A program made the translations under genes and the position numbers. Below, piece after piece: positions 11,200 to 25,100 of a stretch of 64,000 nt of DNA. This DNA comes from Eledone cirrhosa (Eukaryota). Below the pieces are notes generated by a model. It was not told where the DNA came from and did no database searches. It saw only the letters and a program-made list of their open reading frames with translations. Position 1 is the stretch's first letter; each line of letters opens with the position of its first letter. Location of the stretch: NCBI GenBank assembly GCA_964016885.1, contig OZ024742.1, forward strand, positions 162,812,001 through 162,876,000, read 5' to 3'.

Positions 11200-14100
11200 A
11201 AATTATCTCCCCTTGGCTGGCTGGAAATTATCTCCCCTTGGAGGCTGGAATTTATCTCCCCTTGGACGGCTAGAAATTACCTCTCCTTGGACGGCTGGAA
11301 AATATTTCTCCTTGGACGGCTGGATATTATCTACCCTTGGACGGGTGGAAATTATCTCCCCTTGGACGGCTGGAAATTATCTCCCCTTGGACGGCTAGAT
11401 ATTACCTCCCCTTGGACGGCTGGAAATTATCTCCCCATGATTTTTTTTACAAATTATCTCCCCCTGATTTTTTTTTTACAAATTATCTCCCCCTGATTTT
11501 TTTACAAATTATCTCCCCCTGATTTTTTTTACAAATTATCTCCGCCTGATTTTTTTAAATATTATCTTCCCTTGGCTGGCGGGAAATTATCTCCCCTTGG
11601 ACGGCTGAAAATTATCTCCCCTTGGGCGGCTGGAAATTATCTCCCCTTGATTTTTTTTACAAATTATCTCCCCCTGATTATTTTTTACAAATTATCTTTC
11701 CCTGATTTTTTTTTACAAATTATCTCCCCCTGATTTTTTTTACAAATTATCTCCCCCTGATATTTTTACAAATTATCTCCCTTTGGCTGGCTGGAAATTA
11801 TCTCCCCTTGGAGGCTGGAATTTATCTCCCCTTGGACGGCTAGTAATTACCTCTCCTTGGACGGCTGGAAAATATGTCTCGTTGGAGGGCTGGAAATTAT
11901 CTCCCCTTGGATGGCTGGAAATTATCTCCCCTTGGACGGCTGGAAATTATCTCTCCTTGGACGGCTAGAAATTACCTCTCCTTGGACGGCTGAAAATTAT
12001 CTCTCCTTGGACGGCTGGAAATTATCTCCCCTTGGACGGCTAGATATTACCTCCCCTTGGACGGCTGGAAATTATCTCCCCTTGATTTTTTTTACAAATT
12101 ATCTCCCCCTGATTTTTTTTACAAATTATCTCCGCCTAATTTTTTTAAATATTATCTTCCCTTGGCTGGCGGGAAATTATCTCCCCTTGGACGGCTGAAA
12201 ATTATCTCCCCTTGGACGGCTGGAAATTATCTCCCCTTGATTTTTTTTACAAATTATCTCCCCCTGATTTTTTTTTACAAATTATCTCCCCCTGATTTTT
12301 TTTTACAAATTATCTCCCCCTGATTTTTTTTTACAAATTATCTCGCCCTGATTTTTTTTTACAAATTATCTCCCCTTGGCTGGCTGGAAATTATCTCCCC
12401 TTCGAGGCTGGAATTTATCTCCCCTTGGACGGCTAGAAATTACCTCTCCTTGGACGGCTGGAAAATATGTCCTTGGACGGCTGGATATTATCTACCCTTG
12501 GACGGCTGGAAATTATCTCCCCTTGGACGGCTGGAAATTATCTCCCCTTGGACGGCTAGATATTACCTCCCCTTGGACGGCTGGAAATTATCTCCCCTTG
12601 ATTTTTTTTACAAATTATCTCCCCCTGATTTTTTTTACAAATCTAATGATTTTTAAAAAAAAATTATCTCCCCTTCGCTGGCTGGAAATTATCTCCCGTT
12701 GGACGCTGGAAATTATAGCCCCTTGGAGGGCTGGAAATTATCTCCCCTTGGCTCGAAATTATATCCCCTTGGACGGCTAGAAATTATCTCTCTTTGGACG
12801 GCTGGAAATTATCTCCCTTTGATTTTTTTTACAAATTATCTCCCCCTGATTTTTTTTACAAATCTCCCCCTGATTTTTTAAAAAAAATTATCTCCCCTTC
12901 GCTGGCTGGAAATTATCTCCCCTTGGACACTGGAAATTATAGCCCCTTGGAGGGCTGGAAATTATCTTCCCTTGGACGGCTGGAAATTATCTCTGCTTGA
13001 TTTTTTTTACAAATTATCCCCCCCGATTTTTTTTACAAATTATCTCCCCCTGATTTTTTTTACAAATTATCTCCCCTTGGACGGCTGGAAATTATCTCCC
13101 CTTGGACGGCTGGAAATTATCTCCCCTTGGACGGCTAGAAATTACCTCTCCTTGGACGACTGAAAATTATCCCACCTTGGACGGCTGCAAATTATCTCCC
13201 CTTGATTTTTTTTACAAATTATCTCCCCTTGGACGGCTGGAAATTACCTCCCCTTGGACGGCTGGAAATTATCTCCCCTTGGACGGCTAGAAATTACCTC
13301 TCATTGGACGGCTGAAAATTATCTCCCCTTGGACGGCTGGAAATTATCTCCCCTTGATTTTTTTTACAAATTATCTCCCCCTGATTTTTTTTTACAAATT
13401 ATCTCCCCCTGATTTTTTTTTTACAAATTATCTCCGCCTGATTTTTTTTTTAAATTATCTCTCCTTGGACGGCTGGATATTATCTCCCCTTTCATTTTTT
13501 TTACAAATTATCTCCCCCTGATTTTTTTTTACAAATTATCTCCCCCTGATTTTTTTTTACAAATTATCTACCCCTAATTTTTTTTACAAATTATCTCCCC
13601 CTGATTTTTTTTACAAATTATCTCCCCCTGATTTTTTTTTTACAAATTATCTCCCCCTGATTTTTTTACAAATTATCTCCGCCTGATTTTTTTAAATATT
13701 ATCTTCTCTTGGCTGGCGGGAAATTATCTCCCCTTGGACGGCTGAAAATTATCTCCCCTTGGACGGCTGGAAATTATCTCCCCTTGATTTTTTTTACAAA
13801 TTATCTCCCCCTGATTTTTTTTTACAAATTATCTCCCCCTGATTTTTTTTTACAAATTATCTCCCCCTGATTTTTTTTTACAAATTATCTCCCCCTGATT
13901 TTTTTTACAAATTATCTCCCCCTGATTTTTTTACAAATTATCTCCCCTTGGCTGGCTGGAAATTATCTCCCCTTGGAGGCTGGAATTTATCTCCCCTTGG
14001 ACGGCTAGAAATTACCTCTCCTTGGACGGCTGGAAAATATGTCCTTGGACGGCTGGATATTATCTACCCTTGGACGGCTGGAAATTATCTCCCCTTGGAC

Positions 14101-16560
14101 GGCTGGAAATTATCTCCCCTTGGACGGCTAGATATTACCTCCCCTTGGACGGCTGGAAATTATCTCCCCTTGATTTTTTTTACAAATTATCTCCCCCTGA
14201 TTTTTTTTTACAAATTATCTCCCCCTGATTTTTTTTTACAAATTATCTACCCCTGATTTTTTTTTACAAATTATCTCCCCCTGATTTTTTTTACAAATTA
14301 TCTCTCCCTGATTTTTTTTTACAAATTATCTCCCCCTGATTTTTTTTTACCAATTATCTACCCCTGATTTTTTTTTACAAATTATCTCCCCCTGATTTTT
14401 TTTACAAATTATCTCCCCCTGATTTTTTTTACAAATTATCTCCCCCTGATTTTTTTACAAATTATCTCCCCCCGATTTTTTTTACAAATTATATCCGCAT
14501 AATTTTTTTAAATATTATCTTCCCTTGGCTGGCGGGAAATTATCTCCCCTTGGACGGCTGAAACTTATCTCCCCTTGGACGGCTGGAAATTATCTCCCCT
14601 TGATTTTTTTACAAATTATCTCCCCCTGATTATTTTTTACAAATTATCTCCCCCTGATTTTTTTTTACAAATTATCTCCCTCTGATTTTTTTTACAAATT
14701 ATCTCCCCTTGGCTGGCTGGAAATTATCTCCCCTTGGAGGCTGGAATTTATCTCCCCTTGGACGGTTAGAAATTACCTCTCCTTGGACTGCTGGAAAATA
14801 TGTCTCCTTGGACGGCTGGAAATTATCTCCCCTTGGACGGCTGGAAATTATCTCCCCTTGGACGGCTGGAAATTATCTCTCCTCGGACGACTAGAAATTA
14901 CCTCTCCTTGGACAGCTGAAAATTATCTCCCCTTGGACGGCTGGAAATTATCTCCCCTTGATTTTTTTTACAAATTATCTCCCCCTGATTTTTTTTTACA
15001 AATTATCTCCCCCTGATTTTTTTTTTACAAATTATCTCCCCCTGATATTTTTTACAAATTATCTCCCCCTGATTTTTTTACAAATTATCTCCCCTTGGCT
15101 GGCTGGAAATTATCTCCCCTTGGAGGCTGGAATTTATCTCCCCTTGGACGGCTAGAAATTACCTCGCCTTGGACGGCTGGAAAATATGTCTCCTTGGACG
15201 GCTGGAAATTATCTCCCCTTGGACGGCTGGAAATTATCTCCCCTTGGACGGCTGGAAATTATCTCCCCTTGGACGGCTAGATATTACCTCCCCTTGGACG
15301 GCTGGAAATTATCTCCCCTTGATTTTTTTTACAATTTATCTCCCCCTGATTTTTTTTACAAATTATCTCCCCCTGATTTTTTTTTACGAATTATCTCCCC
15401 CTGATTTTTTTTTACAAATTATCTCCGCCTGATTTTTTTTTAAAAATTATCTCCCCTTGAACGGCTGGAAATTATCTCCCCTTGGACGGCTGGAAATTAT
15501 CTCCCCTTGGAAATTATCTCCCCCTGGAAATTATCTCCCCTTGGACGGCTGGAAATTATCTCTCCTTGGACGGCTAGTAATTACCTCTCCTTGGACGGCT
15601 GGAAAATATGTCTCGTTGGAGGGCTGGAAATTATCTCCCCTTGGACGGCTGGAAATTATCTCCCCTTGGACGGCTGGAAATTATCTCTCCTTGGACGGCT
15701 AGTAATTACCTCTCCTTGGACGGCTGGAAAATATGTCTCGTTGGACGGCTGGAAATTATCTCCCCTTGGACGGCTGGAAATTATCTCCCCTTGGACGGCT
15801 AGATATTAGCTCCCCTTGGACGGCTGGAAATTATCTCCCCTTGATTTTTTTTACAAATTATCTCCCCCTGATTTTTTTTTACAAATTATCACCCCCTGAT
15901 TTTTTTTTACAAATTATCTACCCCTGATTTTTTTTTACAAATTATCTCCCCCTGATTTTTTTTACAAATTATCTCTCCCTGATTTTTTTTTACAAATTAT
16001 CTCCCCCTGATTTTTTTTTACAAATTATCTACCCCTGATTTTTTTTTACAAATTATCTCCCCCTGATTCTTTTTACAAATTATCTTCCCCTGATTTTTTT
16101 TACAAATTATCTCCCCCTGATTTTTTTACAAATTATCTCCCCCCGATTTTTTTTACAAATTATCTCCGCCTAATTTTTTTAAATATTATCTTCCCTTGGC
16201 TGGCGGGAAATTATCTCCCCTTGGACGGCTGAAAATTATCTCCCCTTGGACGGCTGGAAATTATCTCCCCTTGATTTTTTTACAAATTATCTCCCCCTGA
16301 TTATTTTTTACAAATTATCTCCCCCTGATTTTTTTTTACAAATTATCTCCCTCTGATTTTTTTTACAAATTATCTCCCCTTGGCTGGCTGGAAATTATCT
16401 CCCCTTGGAGGCTGGAATATATCTCCCCTTGGACGGTTAGAAATTACCTCTCCTTGGACTGCTGGAAAATATGTCTCCTTGGACGGCTGGAAATTATCTC
16501 CCCTGGGACGGCTGGAAATTATCTCCCCTTGGACGGCTGGAAATTATCTCTCCTCGGACG
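11200..16560 (+). repeat. HOR family I, copy c (truncated at ~16560), near-identical to copy b at offset 5,820
   Basis: Constant offsets 6556/12376, 8128/13948, 8889/14709, 9637/15457 and 10560/16380, all 5,820. Breaks off at CTCGGACG|GCTGG near 16560. Confidence 0.85.
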
Positions 16561-19116
16561 GCTGGAAATTATCTCCCCTTGATTTTTTTTACAAATTATC
16601 TCCCCCTGATTTTTTTTTACAAATTATCTCCCCCTGATTTTTTTTTACAAATTATCTCCCCCTGATTTTTTTTTACAAATTATCTCGCCCTGATTTTTTT
16701 TTACAAATTATCTCCCCTTGGCTGGCTGGAAATTATCTCCCCTTCGAGGCTGGAATTTATCTCCCCTTGGACGGCTAGAAATTACCTCTCCTTGGACGGC
16801 TGGAAAATATGTCCTTGGACGGCTGGATATTATCTACCCTTGGACGGCTGGAAATTATCTCCCCTTGGACGGCTGGAAATTATCTCCCCTTGGACGGCTA
16901 GATATTACCTCCCCTTGGACGGCTGGAAATTATCTCCCCTTGATTTTTTTTACAAATTATCTCCCCCTGATTTTTTTTACAAATCTAATGATTTTTTAAA
17001 AAAAATTATCTCCCCTTCGCTGGCTGGAAATTATCTCCCCTTGGACGCTGGAAATTATAGCCCCTTGGAGGGCTGGAAATTATCTTCCCTTGGACGGCTG
17101 GAAATTATCTCCCCTTGGCTCGAAATTATCTCCCCTTGGACGGCTAGAAATTATCTCTCTTTGGACGGCTGGAAATTATCTCCCTTTGATTTTTTTTACA
17201 AATTATCTCCCCCTAATTTTTTTTACAAATCTCCCCCTGATTTTTTAAAAAAAATTATCTCCCCTTCGCTGGCTGGAAATTATCTCCCCTTGGACACTGG
17301 AAATTATAGCCCCTTGGCTGGCTGGAAATTATCTCCTCTTGGAGGCTGGAATTTATCTCCCCTTGGACGGCTAGAAATTACCTCGCCTTGGACGGCTGGA
17401 AAATATGTCTCCTTGGACGGCTGGAAATTATCTCCCCTTGGACGGCTGGAAATTATCTCCCCTTGGACGGCTGGAAATTATCTCCCCTTGGACGGCTAGA
17501 TATTACCTCCCCTTGGACGGCTGGAAATTATCTCCCCTTGATTTTTTTTACAAATTATCTACCCCTGATTTTTTTTTACAAATTATCTCCCCCTGATTTT
17601 TTTTACAAATTATCTCCCCCTGATTTTTTTACAAATTATCTCCCCCCGATTTTTTTTACAAATTATATCCGCCTAATTTTTTTAAATATTATCTTCCCTT
17701 GGCTGGCGGGAAATTATCTCCCCTTGGACGGCTGAAAATTATCTCCCCTTGGACGGCTGGAAATTATCTCCCCTTGATTTTTTTACAAATTATCTCCCCC
17801 TGATTATTTTTTACAAATTATCTCCCCCTGATTTTTTTTTACAAATTATCTCCCTCTGATTTTTTTTACAAATTATCTCCCCTTGGCTGGCTGGAAATTA
17901 TCTCCCCTTGGAGGCTGCAATTTATCTCCCCTTGGACGGTTAGAAATTACCTCTCCTTGGACTGCTGGAAAATATGTCTCCTTGGACGGCTGGAAATTAT
18001 CTCCCCTTGGACGGCTGGAAATTATCTCCCCTTGGACGGCTGGAAATTATCTCTCCTCGGACGACTAGAAATTACCTCTCCTTGGACAGCTGAAAATTAT
18101 CTCCCCTTGGACGGCTGGAAATTATCTCCCCTTGATTTTTTTACAAATTATCTCCCCCTGATTTTTTTTACAAATTATCTCCCCCTGATTTTTTGTTACA
18201 AATTATCTCCCCCTGATTTTTTTACAAATTATCTCCCCCTGATTTTTTTTACAAATTATCTCCGCCTGATTTTTTTAAATATTATCTTCCCTTGGCTGGC
18301 GGGAAATTATCTCCCCTTGGACGGCTGAAAATTTTCTCCCCTTGGACGGCTGGAAATTATCTCCCCTTGATTTTTTTTACAAATTATCTCCCCCTGATTT
18401 TTTTTTACAAATTATCTCCCCCTGATTTTTTTTTACAAATTATCTCCCCCTGATTTTTTTTTACAAATTATCTCCCCCTGATTTTTTTTACAAATTATCT
18501 CCCCCTGATTTTTTTACAAATTATCTCCCCTTGGCTGGCTGGAAATTATCTCCCCTTGGAGGCTGGAATTTATCTCCCCTTGGACGGCTAGAAATTACCT
18601 CTCCTTGGACGGCTGGAAAATATGTCTCCTTGGACGGCTGGATATTATCTACCCTTGGACGGCTGGAAATTATCTCCCCTTGGACGGCTGGAAATTATCT
18701 CCCCTTGGACGGCTAGATATTACCTCCCCTTGGACGGCTGGAAATTATCTCCCCTTGATTTTTTTTACAAATTATCTCCCCCTGATTTTTTTTTACGAAT
18801 TATCTCCCTCTGATTTTTTTTTACAAATTATCTCCGCCTGATTTTTTTTTTAAAATTATCTACCCTTGAACGGCTGGAAATTATCTCCCCTTGGACGGCT
18901 GGAAATTATCTCCCCTTGGACGGCTGAAAATTATCTCCCCTTGGACGGCTGGAAATTATCTCCCCTTGATTTTTTTTACAAATTATCTCCCCCTGATTTT
19001 TTTTTACAAATTATCTCCCCCTGATTTTTTTTTACAAATTATCTCCCCCTGATTTTTTTTTACAAATTATCTGCCCCTGATTTTTTTTACAAATTATCTC
19101 CCCCTGATTTTTTTAC
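16561..19116 (+). repeat. Mosaic junction segment assembled from pieces of other HOR positions
   Basis: ~16561-17310 matches ~1085-1835 (1243/16718, offset 15,475). ~17314-18140 matches ~30044-30850 and ~45730-46530. Confidence 0.7.
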
Positions 19117-22100
19117 AAATTATCTCCCCTTGGCTGGCTGGAAATTATCTCCCCTTGGAGGCTGGAATTTATCTCCCCTTGGACGGCTAGAAATTACCTC
19201 TCCTTGGACGGCTGGAAAATATTTCTCCTTGGACGGCTGGATATTATCTACCCTTGGACGGGTGGAAATTATCTCCCCTTGGACGGCTGGAAATTATCTC
19301 CCCTTGGACGGCTAGATATTACCTCCCCTTGGACGGCTGGAAATTATCTCCCCATGATTTTTTTTACAAATTATCTCCCCCTGATTTTTTTTTTACAAAT
19401 TATCTCCCCCTGATTTTTTTACAAATTATCTCCCCCTGATTTTTTTTACAAATTATCTCCGCCTGATTTTTTTAAATATTATCTTCCCTTGGCTGGCGGG
19501 AAATTATCTCCCCTTGGACGGCTGAAAATTATCTCCCCTTGGGCGGCTGGAAATTATCTCCCCTTGGACGGCTGGAAATTATCTCCCCTTGATTTTTTTT
19601 ACAAATTATCTCCCCCTGATTATTTTTTACAAATTATCTTTCCCTGATTTTTTTTTACAAATTATCTCCCCCTGATTTTTTTTACAAATTATCTCCCCCT
19701 GATATTTTTACAAATTATCTCCCTTTGGCTGGCTGGAAATTATCTCCCCTTGGAGGCTGGAATTTATCTCCCCTTGGACGGCTAGTAATTACCTCTCCTT
19801 GGACGGCTGGAAAATATGTCTCGTTGGAGGGCTGGAAATTATCTCCCCTTGGATGGCTGGAAATTATCTCCCCTTGGACGGCTGGAAATTATCTCTCCTT
19901 GGACGGCTAGAAATTACCTCTCCTTGGACGGCTGAAAATTATCTCTCCTTGGACGGCTGGAAATTATCTCCCCTTGGACGGCTAGATATTACCTCCCCTT
20001 GGACGGCTGGAAATTATCTCCCCTTGATTTTTTTTACAAATTATCTCCCCCTGATTTTTTTTACAAATTATCTCCGCCTAATTTTTTTAAATATTATCTT
20101 CCCTTGGCTGGCGGGAAATTATCTCCCCTTGGACGGCTGAAAATTATCTCCCCTTGGACGGCTGGAAATTATCTCCCCTTGATTTTTTTTACAAATTATC
20201 TCCCCCTGATTTTTTTTTACAAATTATCTCCCCCTGATTTTTTTTTACAAATTATCTCCCCCTGATTTTTTTTTACAAATTATCTCGCCCTGATTTTTTT
20301 TTACAAATTATCTCCCCTTGGCTGGCTGGAAATTATCTCCCCTTCGAGGCTGGAATTTATCTCCCCTTGGACGGCTAGAAATTACCTCTCCTTGGACGGC
20401 TGGAAAATATGTCCTTGGACGGCTGGATATTATCTACCCTTGGACGGCTGGAAATTATCTCCCCTTGGACGGCTGGAAATTATCTCCCCTTGGACGGCTA
20501 GATATTACCTCCCCTTGGACGGCTGGAAATTATCTCCCCTTGATTTTTTTTACAAATTATCTCCCCCTGATTTTTTTTACAAATCTAATGATTTTTTAAA
20601 AAAAATTATCTCCCCTTCGCTGGCTGGAAATTATCTCCCCTTGGACGCTGGAAATTATAGCCCCTTGGAGGGCTGGAAATTATCTTCCCTTGGACGGCTG
20701 GAAATTATCTCCCCTTGGCTCGAAATTATCTCCCCTTGGACGGCTAGAAATTATCTCTCTTTGGACGGCTGGAAATTATCTCCCTTTGATTTTTTTTACA
20801 AATTATCTCCCCCTGATTTTTTTTACAAATCTCCCCCTGATTTTTTAAAAAAAATTATCTCCCCTTCGCTGGCTGGAAATTATCTCCCCTTGGACACTGG
20901 AAATTATAGCCCCTTGGAGGGCTGGAAATTATCTTCCCTTGGACGGCTGGAAATTATCTCTGCTTGATTTTTTTTACAAATTATCTCCCCCTGATTTTTT
21001 TTTACAAATTATCCCCCCCCGATTTTTTTTACAAATTATCTCCCCCTGATTTTTTTACAAATTATCTCCCCTTGGACGGCTGGAAATTATCTCCCCTTGG
21101 ACGGCTGGAAATTATCTCCCCTTGGACGGCTAGAAATTACCTCTCCTTGGACGACTGAAAATTATCTCCCCTTGGACGGCTGCAAATTATCTCCCCTTGA
21201 TTTTTTTTACAAATTATCTCCGCCTGATTTTTTTTTAAAAATTATCTCCCCTTGGACGGCTGGAAATTACCTCCCCTTGGACGGCTGGAAATTATCTCCC
21301 CTTGGACGACTAGAAATTACCTCTCATTGGACGGCTGAAAATTATCTCCCCTTGGACGGCTGGAAATTATCTCCCCTTGATTTTTTTTACAAATTATCTC
21401 CCCCTGATTTTTTTTTACAAATTATCTCCCCCTGATTTTTTTTTTACAAATTATCTCCGCCTGATTTTTTTTTAAAATTATCTCTCCTTGGACGGCTAGA
21501 TATTATCTCCCCTTTCATTTTTTTACAAATTATCTCCCCCTGATTTTTTTTTACAAATTATCTCCCCCTGATTTTTTTTTACAAATTATCTACCCCTAAT
21601 TTTTTTTTACAAATTATCTTCCCCTGATTTTTTTTACAAATTATCTCCCCCTGATTTTTTTTTTACAAATTATCTCCCCCTGATTTTTTTACAAATTATC
21701 TCCGCCTGATTTTTTTAAATATTATCTTCTCTTGGCTGGCGGGAAATTATCTCCCCTTGGACGGCTGAAAATTATCTCCCCTTGGACGGCTGGAAATTAT
21801 CTCCCCTTGATTTTTTTTACAAATTATCTCCCCCTGATTTTTTTTTACAAATTATCTCCCCCTGATTTTTTTTTACAAATTATCTCCCCCTGATTTTTTT
21901 TTACAAATTATCTCCCCCTGATTTTTTTTACAAATTATCTCCCCCTGATTTTTTTACAAATTATCTCCCCTTGGCTGGCTGGAAATTATCTCCCCTTGGA
22001 GGCTGGAATTTATCTCCCCTTGGACGGCTAGAAATTACCTCTCCTTGGACGGCTGGAAAATATGTCCTTGGACGGCTGGATATTATCTACCCTTGGACGG

Positions 22101-25100
22101 CTGGAAATTATCTCCCCTTGGACGGCTGGAAATTATCTCCCCTTGGACGGCTAGATATTACCTCCCCTTGGACGGCTGGAAATTATCTCCCCTTGATTTT
22201 TTTTACAAATTATCTCCCCCTGATTTTTTTTTACAAATTATCTACCCCTGATTTTTTTTTACAAATTATCTCCCCCTGATTTTTTTTTACAAATTATCTC
22301 TCCCTGATTTTTTTTTACAAATTATCTCCCCCTGATTTTTTTTTACCAATTATCTACCCCTGATTTTTTTTTACAAATTATCTCCCCCTGATTTTTTTTA
22401 CAAATTATCTCCCCCTGATTTTTTTTACAAATTATCTCCCCCTGATTTTTTTACAAATTATCTCCCCCCGATTTTTTTTACAAATTATATCCGCCTAATT
22501 TTTTTAAATATTATCTTCCCTTGGCTGGCGGGAAATTATCTCCCCTTGGACGGCTGAAAATTATCTCCCCTTGGACGGCTGGAAATTATCTCCCCTTGAT
22601 TTTTTTACAAATTATCTCCCCCTGACTATTTTTTACAAATTATCTCCCCCTGATTTTTTTTTACAAATTATCTCCCTCTGATTTTTTTTACAAATTATCT
22701 CCCCTTGGCTGGCTGGAAATTATCTCCCCTTGGAGGCTGGAATTTATCTCCCCTTGGACGGTTAGAAATTACCTCTCCTTGGACTGCTGGAAAATATGTC
22801 TCCTTGGACGGCTGGAAATTATCTCCCCTTGGACGGCTGGAAATTATCTCCCCTTGGACGGCTGGAAATTATCTCTCCTCGGACGACTAGAAATTACCTC
22901 TCCTTGGACAGCTGAAAATTATCTCCCCTTGGACGGCTGGAAATTATCTCCCCTTGATTTTTTTTACAAATTATCTCCCCCTGATTTTTTTTTACAAATT
23001 ATCTCCCCCTGATTTTTTTTACAAATTATCTCCCCCTGATATTTTTTACAAATTATCTCCCCCTGATTTTTTTAAAAATTATCTCCCCTTGGCTGGCTGG
23101 AAATTATCTCCCCTTGGAGGCTGGAATTTATCTCCCCTTGGACGGCTAGAAATTACCTCGCCTTGGACGGCTGGAAAATATGTCTCCTTGGACGGCTGGA
23201 AATTATCTCCCCTTGGACGGCTGGAAATTATCTCCCCTTGGACGGCTGGAAATTATCTCCCCTTGGACGGCTAGATATTACCTCCCCTTGGACGGCTGGA
23301 AATTATCTCCCCTTGATTTTTTTTACAATTTATCTCCCCCTGATTTTTTTTTACAAATTATCTCCGCCTGATTTTTTTTTAAAAATTATCTCCCCTTGAA
23401 CGGCTGGAAATTATCTCCCCTTGGACGGCTGGAAATTATCTCCCCTTGGACGGCTAGAAATTACCTCTCCTTGGACGGCTGAAAATTATCTCCCCTTGGA
23501 CGGCTGCAAATTATCTCCCCTTGATTTTTTAACAAATTATCTCCCCCTGATTTTTTTTTACAAATTATCTCCCCCTGATTTTTTTTTACAAATTATCTAC
23601 GCCTAATTTTTTTTACAAATTATCTCCCCCTGATTTTTTTTTACAAATTATCTCCCCCTGATTTTTTTTACAAATTATCTCCCCCTGATTTTTTTTTACA
23701 AATTATTTCCCCCTGATTTTTTTACAAATTATCTCCCCCCTGATTTTTTTTACAATCTCCGCCTGATTTTTTTAAAAATTATCTTCCCTTGGCTGGCGGG
23801 AAATTATCTCCCCTTGGACGGCTGGAAATTATATCCCCTTGGAAGGAGGGAAATTATCTCCCCTTGGACGGCTGGAAATTATCTCCCCTTGGACGGCTGG
23901 AAATTATCTCCCCTTGGACAGCTGGAAATTATCTGCCCTTGATTTTGTTTTTACAAATTATCTCCCCCTGATTTTTTTTACAAATTATCTCCACCTGATT
24001 TTTTAAAAAATTATCTCCCCTTGGACGGCTGGAAATTATCTCCCCTTGATTTTTTTACAAATTATCTCCCCCTGATTTTTTTTACAAATTATCTCCCCCT
24101 GATTTTTTTTTACAAATTATCTCCCCCTGATTTTTTTACAAATTATCTCCCCCTGATTTTTTTTACAAATTATCTCCGCCTGATTTTTTTAAATATCTTC
24201 CCTTGGCTGGCGGGAAATTATCTCCCCTTGGACGGCTGAAAATTATCTCCCCTTGGACGGCTGGAAATTATCTCCCCTTGATTTTTTTTACAAATTATCT
24301 CCCCCTGATTTTTTTTTACAAATTATCTCCCCCTGATTTTTTTTTACAAATTATCTCCCCCTGATTTTTTTTTACAAATTATCTGCCCCTGATTTTTTTT
24401 ACAAATTATCTCCCCCTGATTTTTTTACAAATTATCTCACCTTGGCTGGCTGGAAATTATCTCCCCTTGGAGGCTGGAATTTATCTCCCCTTGGACGGCT
24501 AGAAATTACCTCTCCTTGGACGGCTGGAAAATATTTCTCCTTGGACGGCTGGATATTATCTACACTTGGACGGGTGGAAATTATCTCCCCTTGGACGGCT
24601 GGAAATTATCTCCCCTTGGACGGCTAGATATTACCTCCCCTTGGACGGCTGGAAATTATCTCCCCATGATTTTTTTTACAAATTATCTCCCCCTGATTTT
24701 TTTTTTACAAATTATCTCCCCCTGATTTTTTTACAAATTATCTCCCCCTGATTTTTTTAACAAATTATCTCCGCCTGATTTTTTTAAATATTATCTTCCC
24801 TTGGCTGGCGGGAAATTATCTCCCCTTGGGCGGCTGAAAATTATCTCCCCTTGGACGGCTGGAAATTATCTCCCCTTGATTTTTTTTACAAATTATCTCC
24901 CCCTGATTATTTTTTACAAATTATCTTTCCCTGATTTTTTTTTACAAATTATCTCCCCCTGATTTTTTTTACAAATTATCTCCCCCTGATATTTTTACAA
25001 ATTATCTCCCCTTGGCTGGCTGGAAATTATCTCCCCTTGGAGGCTGGAATTTATCTCCCCTTGGACGGCTGGAAATTATCTCTCCTTGGACGGCAAGTAA

